In this document: one piece after another, positions 10,601 to 20,200 of the stretch
Layout: the number at the start of each line of letters is the position of its first letter
How positions within the stretch are numbered: position 1 is the stretch's first letter
NCBI GenBank assembly: GCA_964645485.1
Contig: CAZXZO010000020.1
Span: 1 to 40,097 of the forward strand
Direction: 5' to 3'
Source: an uncultured Candidatus Poseidoniales archaeon
GTDB lineage: Archaea; Thermoplasmatota; Poseidoniia; Poseidoniales; Thalassarchaeaceae
Length of the DNA: 40,097 nucleotides
Notes under the pieces: generated by a model
Told to the model about the DNA's origin: nothing
The model's database searches: none
What the model saw: only the letters and a program-made list of their open reading frames with translations
Made by a program: the position numbers and the translations under genes

Positions 10601-10810
10601 GCAGACTCTAGCGCAGGTCTTCGATTTACTGATGACAGTGGACCAGGCGTGAATATTGACGACACCATTGGTGTTGAAGGTGGAGACGGAGAAATCCCAA
10701 CCCAAGCTTGGATTGCAATCGGCATACTTGTCCTAGTGGCAGTGATTGCTGGTGCTTTCATCCTAACCCGCGGTGGCGGCGAAGGCGATTCCGACGAATT
10801 CGACTACTGA
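7613..10810 (+). CDS. Membrane-anchored cell-surface protein (CARDB/Ig-, PKD- and FN3-like domains), 1065 aa
   Basis: Sec signal peptide MKRATSLVLALLMLMSVVAS and a CARDB-like start (FDIVVKNDG...DTDLNNN). Dx[DN]xDG Ca-binding loops (DADGDG, DLDQDG) and two FN3-like C-terminal modules. TM anchor WIAIGILVLVAVIAGAFIL, then an acidic tail. Very D/T/G/A-rich. Confidence 0.85.
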   Translation: MKRATSLVLALLMLMSVVASLNPIELNESEPVEDTNARADYEVWLMGANSPRESTTDMTGTVRNSVDAGEAILFDIVVKNDGNNDISELTVTVTVDDGVEATPLFIDAEDAAVCDDTISCGIQTFASGDYLANGHYIVRDSTGGNLVWTPTVPGMYTVHIEIDTGDQDTDLNNNILDYDVNVIDWYDISTELAWDAGDDPMTGAGPHDFTMTAFVNGSAQWDPRDVQMEVTMGGLFTAFQDDGTNTMAVSMFDADGDGSFDDCPEGPGASSCTWTVTFGDLYGAGQANDIEVYSNLSMDPPTHQNASDIGETRSVPAFQTAYTFAGTIQGDTANANGVGTFTVQSALTQYTMYELVSTDYGTAPGANASNNVVNEMLETTSTLDDRNGNNDALLTATFASYHDVQVVNIEAGNPRQESGRLDAGMTRVFATIAHSGSDRTINYDWAVTFNVKDSNGDDIIGSPFVATECDNPDDPATSSPHEYLGEFHPATLEATACAEIMIDPGMLSVSATIDLLDTTLTDTDSANDCGTGNNPVCKDDMNAANDMRTGHFEVLNSGPSAYLTMDEIEGDIISGTQITFSARAEHLSQPDLDQDGSPDPFGYVWSMSGSEMDPQLEACLGQPDCVIDINLMWLGSPTMIVTVTDHWGADASAQLTFNVWNNYSHVDSGDCWDAEYDILYAGNTQYTAQFSDADDATGQELSGSPGWDSVCTFNMDVSGILAPEDVNSEDLVVTVDADPSVGHSLWYEGGTGWVEMTGTTQAQVDADTISLSWGNDGTLPSRSSSRYAVFASATIGQPPQIGIDSLTATLGAAGVIDLSWAINNSQLTGANDYGVLYVNDDGAALDGTRSTFDLTTTTHTIAGTHGTTYEFLVRVENGEVGTDGSALYGTPVDSGSATADGQVDPTAGADDLEAASSGESSLHFTWSAADASDVDHWMICWSPSQHTALEVTSLISAGNCHSTTDSSTDVTVDRHSGSGVFYYSVNAMDSVGNMETADSSAGLRFTDDSGPGVNIDDTIGVEGGDGEIPTQAWIAIGILVLVAVIAGAFILTRGGGEGDSDEFDY

Positions 10811-10868
10811 AGTTGAAACCTCCTAGGAAAGTGAGTAACACAAAGACCTGCATTAGCAGGAAACCCTC

Positions 10869-10910
10869 GGACAGGGGGCCCTACGGGCCCCCTGTCCTTT
10901 TTTTATTTTT
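10869..10910 (+). terminator. Hairpin plus U-tract terminator downstream of the 1065-aa gene
   Basis: Perfect 13-bp stem GGACAGGGGGCCC-TAC-GGGCCCCCTGTCC (10869-10897) followed directly by TTTTTTTATTTTT. Confidence 0.8.
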
Positions 10911-11285
10911 TACAAATTTTAGCTTCAACAAATTATTATTCCTCTTCAATAATTAATTTCCAAAGAGATCTAAAAATAATCTAAAAGAATTGAATTTCGA
11001 TTTAATCACCTGATTCTCAAAATGAGTTACAATTTAATTCGGTTAAATTGGGACTAATAATTCCGTTATTATTTATATAAAAAGCACGGTGAAAATAACT
11101 TAGTCAACTGGGTGAAATCAGTGTTACAAAATCTTTGTACTACATTTTTTTTGTACTTTTTTTAACATTAAATATGGCTACAGTACCCCATTCCAAATCA
11201 AAGCATCAAAGGATATGCACCCATATGGTTATATGCGCGACAAAGCGTGCCAAGGAGTACCATACGATAGTTTGGGGTATGAACA

Positions 11286-14200
11286 ATGGTGACAAATAAA
11301 AATAAAGTGACCTTTGGGGGCAGTTGGCTTTTGCTAACGCTCCTGATGATTGGAATGAGTTGGAGCGCTGCGGTTTCGCCGGTAACGGAGAATTTGCAGA
11401 CTTCTGAGAACGATGGGGCAGAGTCAATTGATGACCTGCTGACTCTACCGGATGAAGCAATTAATCCGGCAGATAATGATGAATTTGGATATGACGCAGG
11501 AGCTGAGTTAATCGGTTCCCGTACGGAAACCGCCAAAACCTTCCTGAAGGATGATGGTGATTTCGAAGTTATTGTCTCTCCAGTGCCGGTCCATTACATG
11601 GATGATGGTGCCTGGGAAGAGATTGACTTGACAATCGAATCTAATGAAGGGGGATGGAGTGTAACACAGAACACATACGAAACCTACTTCGGAAACGATG
11701 CTCGTCATGGTGTCCAAATGGTAGTAGATGGGCAAACCATTCGCTACGGTATTATGCCACAAGTTGTGGTTCTAGATGGTATGACACTATCTCCAGAACC
11801 TTACATGGGTATGCCGGCAAGTGAGCCTATCGATGTTGGTGCAAATGTGATTAGATATCCTATGCTAACTGGCATCTCGCTTGACTACAAGGTGACTTCA
11901 ACACAGTTGAAGCAGAACCTTGTCATTCGAGAAGCACCAAATCTACTTGACCACCAGAAGGATTCAGGGTACTTCGGTATTGCAGAAACAATGTATCTGC
12001 CTACCGGTTTTGCTCTCTTCCTAGGGGAGTCGCCTATTGCTGATGGAGAATTGGTTAAGACCAACCAATCTCTAAGTATCCGCAATTTGGAGACAGGTGA
12101 GTTATTGGTATCCATTCCGCAACCTCTCGTTGAAAGTATTGAGCCTTCAGAAGAAGGACCACACATCGGCGAGTACGTTATTCGGGTTAATGGAGAAGAG
12201 ATTAGTCTGACAACAGTTGTTGAGAACACATGGCTAATGGACAGCGATAACCGCTCGTTCCCAATTGCTATCGATCCAACAATGGACAAGGGTGCACAGC
12301 GTGCTGGATATGCATACTACTACCGCATCACTCGATGGGGTTGGTACACATCCACTTACGAATATGCATTCTCTAGCAGTTCTTTGTTGTACACTTGCAG
12401 AGGTTCTGGCTCATGGTCAAACACTTGCTCTTCGTCTAGCTACTCATGGTACTACCGATATGCATGGTACCGCTTTGACTTTGGTAACGCGTTGCCAACT
12501 GGTGCAACTGTTAACAGCGTAGATTTCAAATCTAACGTTGGGAGGTATCAGAGTGGGGCACGGAATTTCGAAGTTGCTGTACTGAAGTCTGGTTCGAGTC
12601 AATCAAGCAATATGATTGATCCAAGCAGCTATCTGTATAGTAGTGGTAGATATTTGAACCGCTATATCAGAAACAGCGCTGCATCGTCTTCGTCAACTTC
12701 CTTGAGTGACCCAGGTTACTATTGGAATGGTGGAAACGTACGGTCCATTTCAATGAACAGTAATGGAGTTAGTGACGTGCAAGACGCAGTTGATGGTTCT
12801 GGAGCAGGTTCCAGCGGTCACATCCTTGGACTAGGTCTAAGGAATACCGCGAACGCACCGTTCTGGTATTGGTGTAGCACAGGATACTACAGTTACTACG
12901 GCTGCACATCCACGTCAGATTATCCACATCTGCATTTGGATTACAGTGGTGGTTCTGATACAGCACCTCCCGAAGACGATTTCGTTGCTTACACTGATCT
13001 TATCACACACCGCCCAGAGCAGAGAACATTCTGGCTGGGTCTACGTGATACAACAGGTGTAGACACCACGACAAGTGGTGGACCGTCTCTAAGTTACAGT
13101 GTCGATAATGGTACATGGACAAATGTTCGTGCTACCACTCTAGGTACATGTACTGCTGGTTCATGGTGTAATTTCCGAGCTGTAATTCCTGCAGTTCAGG
13201 AAGGCGAATATGTAGAATATTTCTGGGCATTCCAAGATTTGGTTGGCACAGTTGCTGGTACAACCGGTAACCCCAATTTCAAGACTTTGCCCGTGGGTGG
13301 AACTGGTTCCCCAAGCAGTGTAACTGCGCCAAGTTCCCCGTACAACTACTTCGTACAACCTGATGAACAAGCAGATGCTTACAACAGTGATGGAACTCCT
13401 AACAACAAGTGGCAACTGAAAATTGACCAACTAACAAATTACAGATACTACTCTGTTTACCGGTACTTCGATGAGCAAATCACATACTACGAAGATACTG
13501 GAGAATACATTTGGGAGTATGATACTTCCAACTGTGGAACAGGTAGTTATCAGTGTTTCAACACTGGCGCAGCATACCAAATGAGATACAGCCCAACAAT
13601 TAGCTCGTACTCATATTCAAATTGTGCATCGTCAGCAACTTGTGAAGTGACAGAGCCTAGTGGATTGTCATTAGGTGGCCAACACGGCCCTGGAATGTCC
13701 ACAATTTGGTGGTACAATTCCGCTGCTGGAGCATTCACTGTTGTTGGATTGGATGATGAAACTGGAATTGACCAACCTGTATCAGGTGCGTCAGTAGGTA
13801 CAAATGGCGGTGGTCGTAATTGCGATGACTGTTACTCAGCTGTACCAATCCCTGGTGACATCACCATGAAATTCGGTTCATTGAGTGTTAACGCAAGTTA
13901 CTCCTCAAGCAGTAGCACAAGGAATTGGTTCTGTGTAAACAGCAATAACCACCCACTGTACTTCTTGAGCAGCAGCAGTAGCAACCCTTACTGCCTATAC
14001 TCATACAGTACTTACCGCTATGACCGACAATTCAACGGTTGGATGGCTCCTGGTTACGATGGTCGATGGTCAAGTAACACCGACATCACCCAGAAGGTTA
14101 GCACTGTTAGGCCGATGCCTGACATCTATCCGCCTGTGTTAGATTATACCGGTTTGATGGATACCCACAGTGAAGATGATCGAACTGTGACAGTAGGTAT

Positions 14201-17200
14201 TACAGATGCTGGAGATCCTCCCACTGGCCTGAACACTTCTTCAGGCACAGATGCTAATGGTGTACTAGAAGGACCACACATGGTTTACAGAGTCTACAAT
14301 GATACTAGCCAAACATGGGGTAACTGGATTACTCGTGCAATGGCACAAGAATCGGGCAAAACTCGAGCACAGTGTGAACTTTCAGTATGTGACTGGTCAG
14401 CAACTCTGCCTGGTACAGACCGCGAAAATATTGTTGAGTACAGTATCCGAGCAAAGGATAACAATGGAAACTGGAACAATACTACCGCTTCAAGTTATCA
14501 GATAGGAACGCCAACAAAGGTATTCACCATTGAATGGCATGACATGAATTGTGGATTTGGTTCCCAATACACATGTTCGTATCAAGTAAAGATGTACGAT
14601 GTAACTAATGAAATAGAATTCCATTATGATACAAGTTCAAATGCGTACTATGATTACGAGAATATCGGATATCAAAAGGGTGGTTCAACAGCAATTGGTG
14701 CAACTCTCAGAGAGAGAGGTACTGGATATCAAGCAGGTGCGAATCCATTCGATTACAACTACCGAATTTCAACAGATGGAAACGCTCATGCAAACGAGCG
14801 AATGACTGCTGGAATGACTGAATTGTACAACTACGATGAAGTCTTTACTGGTACATCAAATGGACGCCCGTACACATACTACTGTACAAGATACTGGTCT
14901 AGTTACCGAAATCAGTGTGCAGATGTTATTGACATCCCTGCAGGATTTGACATTGACTACTTTGGAACCACATACAGTGGTAACAACAGTCACAAGATGC
15001 ATGTAATCCGCCACGGTGCGGCTGCATTCAGCACGTCAACATCTACAACACCAATGCAGATGTCGTACTACGGTTGGGGTGGCTATTGGCCAACTTTCCC
15101 AAGCAGTGCTTCGTACATTAACAACGCACAACTTGCACCATACTTTGGTTACTATGGCGCTTACTACTGCTACAACAGTGGAAACGCAGACTGTAGTATC
15201 CGTACAAAGACCATCCCGTTCGATGGCGCTGGTATGGATGTCTATGCTGATATCACCCAAGACACAATTTGGGACGCAGAAATGAGTCCAATTCGTATTG
15301 TGCCAAGCGGTGATTACCTACGCGTAACAGCAGACCTAGTGATTGATGCAGGTGTTGAAGTTCAATTCGCAGCCGGTAAAGGATTAGATATGGCTGGGAC
15401 ATGTTCTCGCTTGACAACTAATGGAAATGCAACTCACCCAGTTACAATTACCAACCTTGGTAACTCTGCTGGTAAGGGAATTGCATTCACAAGCGGTTGT
15501 ACAGACACAGATGACAGGCATATGTTCAACAACACTGACTTCAGCAACTTAGATGTTGCAATCAGTGCTGGTAGCCGGCATGGTAGTGCACCACATCACA
15601 ACGGAAATGTAGGTAACTTTACCTTTGACACAGTCACATTTACCGATGTAGATACAGCAATCAAGCACGGTTCAGGAACAGGTACTGGTTTTGATCTCTC
15701 TGGAGTATCAATAACCAATGCAACAGATTCCTGTATTGACTTGCCTGATGATGCTGTATTATCATGGATTGAAGGTTCTGCAACGAACTGTAATATGGGT
15801 AGTTCATCTACTGAAGGTGCTCTAAAGACTGGTGACGGAAGCGTCATTTATCTGGAGAATCTAACAATTACAGATGCGGCACACAATGGTATCATTGGTG
15901 ACTCGACCTCGATGCATGCTAGCAATGTAAGCATGTCAACAAGCGGGCTATCAAGCACACAAGTTGGAGGAACAGGTCTAGGCCACACTTCAACTGCAGC
16001 ATCTGGTACAAGCTTGTATGCTAACAATGTTGATGCAGCAGGATATGCAAATGCTTTGGTATCTTATGCTACAGATAGCATGTCATTAACTGATATTACT
16101 GGTGGTTCAATTTCGTTGGCTCCAGCAGGTACCGCAGGTACCGTGCTTGGTGACTCGGGTTGGTCTGCAAGTGGAATTACCAGTACTGGTAATATGCTGA
16201 TGTCAAGGACGACTCCAAGTTCAATGGATAATGTCGACTTAGACGGTTATCTACGAATGGATGGAACTGCAGCAAGCGGTGACCTAATGACAATCACAGG
16301 TCTAGCTGCTGACGGTCTTACAATCGCTGGATGTGGTTGGAATGTTCGAGCAAATGACGCTGACCTTGGTGATTCAACCAACGGTGTATGGGCAACCGCT
16401 TCGTGTACTTCAAGCAGTGCTTCAAGCACTTTGACTGTAGCAGGCGGGACCATGGACGGTTCTTCCTCTAACGGAAATATCGTTTATGCTCGTAATGCAC
16501 AAGTCACAATTGCAGATGTTGCAATCACTGGTCAAACATCAACTGGTGCGAATGTAGCGCAAGCAAGTACTAATGGTGATGTAAGATTAATCGGTGTCTC
16601 ATGGAGAGGTAACGATTGTGCTGATGCAAATGGCTGGACAGGAATGTCTGACTGTTGGGTTGATGTTTCATCATCCTCAGGCGCAATATATGTCGGAGGA
16701 ACTGCTCAAGTCGCAGCATACCGTGTAATGAACTTCATACCAGTATTTGTTGCAGACCATGCAGTCTCGACAACTACAGTAAGCACATCGGGTACTTGCC
16801 CAGGTGCGGCTTGTGTTGTCACTGATGTCACATCAGTCGGTACTTCTTACACAGATAGTACTGGAAATGCAACTGTTTGGTTACTCCAAGATAAGTTAGA
16901 TAAAAGCAGCGGATCAACTGCTGTATCTACATCTTACACAGACCACCGTATTGCCATTGCTGGCGGTGCAGGTCAAAATGAGACTACACCAGCAGATGAT
17001 TGGTACACATCAACATGTCAGATTAACGGCATGGATTGTTCAATGCCTCTAAGTCCAGGTGACCAAATCTACATGAAATTGGAAGCATTCCCACAAGATT
17101 GGAATGGTGCTACAAAGGATTGTACATGGTTGGGTACAAACACATCTGTATCCAATGGTTACCTACTATACACAATGCAAATAATCACTCTATCAACTGA

Positions 17201-20200
17201 CTTAGTTCTAGATGGATGCAAGTTGCATTTGAATGGAACGAAGATGATGATTAACCGAACTGCAAACAATAATCCAACAATCACTATCCAGAACGGAGGC
17301 GAATTACTGCTCTCCGAAGGTGGTGGCGAAATTGGAAACATGAAGGCTGTTACAAGTTCATATGGTTGGGAAATGGATATCTTAGCCGGTGGTAAATTCG
17401 TTGTAGACAATGGAAACATCCGGGACATGCATCAAAACTCTAACACAGGTGGAATGATGAATGTCGGTGAAGGAACGCTTGAACTGAAGAATGGCGCCAT
17501 AGTTTATGGAAGCCAAACAACATCTTCAGATATGGCTACCATCAAGGTTGATGGAGGAACTCTGTTAGTCAACGATGCCTCAGTTTACAATGCTGGTCAG
17601 ACCGGTGTTGGTCTTTGGATTGAAGATTCAGGCTCCAGCAGTATTCAGAACATCGCTGTTAGCGGTGCAGATACTGGTGTAGTGATTAAGAATGCAGCTC
17701 CAGCAATTGATGGATTCACCCTCAACGACAACACTGTCGGTGTAGAAATTGATGGTGGAATGACTCTACCAAGCATCTACCGGTCAACTCTGCTATCAGG
17801 TCAACAACGTGGTTGGGAAACTTATGAAATTGACTTGTCTGGATTAGCAAACAACTTCAATTACATTCAGTTTGGTTTCAACAATGTCTACGAAGGTGGA
17901 AACGTTCACCCAAGATACAACTACTACTCAAGTCGTTACTTCGCTGTATACGACCGTATGCGTATCGGACTAAATGATGGAATTGACAACGATGCAAATG
18001 GTGTCGGAGATGAAATCGAGAATTTCACTCTGAACTCAGCAGGTAAGGCAATGACTGGATACTATACATCCGGTGACACTTCAAACCTTGGTGACAGAAA
18101 TAATCCGGACCACCCTTCAAGAAACGATGGATGGGCTCGAAATGATTGTAATTACTATGGTTACCAATATAGCCCAGGTGGATCCTACCAGTATGGTTAC
18201 TACTACTACATGAACAACTATGGTCCATACACACAAGGTAACACCAACTACTACGGTGCAAACGCTTACCCAAGCGACTTCGGGTTCACTCTCGATATTG
18301 CTGATGGTTTGACAGGTAGCCAGAATTACTACCCATACAATTACTGGGGCTACTACTGGCCAAGTTGGTACTTCGGTAGCGGATACCAGGGTGGCGTTTT
18401 CACACCACCAGAGGGATTCAACGGTCTATGGGGATACTACAACGTATGTCTCTCATACGCATACCGATACCAGACACCAACACCTAACGGATGGAGAATG
18501 TCATGGCCAATTGTTGATGTCAGCAGTGCAAGTGTCACTGAGGTATCAGCATACATCGATATTCTACACAACTACGCAGATTACTACGGTGACCGATATG
18601 ACTTCGTATTCCGTGGTGGAAGCGACATCAATGATTTGATGAATTCGAATTGGGGTAGGGAATTTGGTACTGCAACATTAGATAACGGTGTTATCAATGG
18701 TGCTGATACTGGTATCCATATTGCTGGCAACTATGCTGCAGGCGGAATTAGTGCTGTAACAGTCAACGACCCTGTAGATGAAGGTGTATTGGTTGATGGT
18801 ACTTCAGCGGTTGAAATGGATGGCTTAACTGTCAACAACGGTCGCTACGGTATTCGTACGACCAGCGCTGCAGGCGGTTCATTGGAAGCAACTAACTCTG
18901 CTCTAGACAACCAATCACAAGATGGAATTGTCTTAGGCGCTGCGTTCAAGTTGGACCTAAGTGGTGCAATCACAAACGCTTCAGGTGCTGCAATCAATGT
19001 ACTATCAACAAGCTCCCAGGATTGGAGTTTCGATAGCCTGTCACTGACAAGCAACAACGTTGCTTTGAACCACGATGGTTCAGGTGAACTTACTTGTACA
19101 GATTGTACAACAGGTAGTAACTCCAATGATGTGACAACTTCAGGTTTGGTTACTTGGGTTGAAGGAGATATTGATCTTGCAACGGTGAGCGCGTCCGGTT
19201 CTGGACTCTTACAGAGAGCCAGATTAGCTGATATAACGATAACAGCAGATGGTAGCGGTGTAGCCGGAACTGGTGTCAGCATGATTGACGCTCTGAGTAA
19301 GAGAGTGGCATCTGGTGAGACTGATAGTTCAGGTACAGTAAGTGACATGGTGTTCCACACCAATTATGTTGACGCGTCGGGATTAACCGTCGTCAACCTT
19401 GCTGGATATAAGATAATGAGTGTTGGTAAAGTGTCTTACAGCACAACAGTTGCTGACTTTAGATACGCTATCAAGACCGTAAGTTTAGTTGATGGCCCAG
19501 GTAATAGCGATACAGTTGCTCTGACGGATAACTTCGATGCACGTGTATGTTATAGTTGGTCTTATTCAAATTACAACGTACTACAATCTTGTTCGGGTAC
19601 CCATTATCTTGGAACTACAAGTTCAAGAACCAAGAGTGATGGAAATGGAGGTTCAATTACTGAATACGGATATTACGGGGCAATGCCTAGCAATATGGAG
19701 AACAAAGCGATCCTGATGGACTCGCCTTGGTCATACACTGGTACAACTGGTGCATCATTCAATGGTTCAACAGTTATTTTCAGTGGCTTCTACAATAACC
19801 AGAACTCCAACCTGTATGTCCGAAGCTATCAGGGTGACATCTATACTGATGACACTACAATGGCAGCAATAAGTCCGAAGGATACTGCTTACTTTAGCCT
19901 AGGATATTACGGTGGTTACAACTATGGTAATTTCTTCGTAAACGATTCCACACTGATTAACATCGGTACGATTGGAAGTGGGGCAGGATACTACAACCGT
20001 AATCCGGAGATGCATGTTACTAACAGCGTGTTAGTGTCATACTCGCAGTTGACGGATGTTCAATCTGTATATCAGCAAGAAATCTGTATCTCGTCTGCTG
20101 GAAGTGATTACGGCGACTGGGTTGTTGATAACAACACCATGTACGACTGTACTGTTGGAGTCATGATCTACTCTAACTACTACGCAACCAGTCCTTGGTA

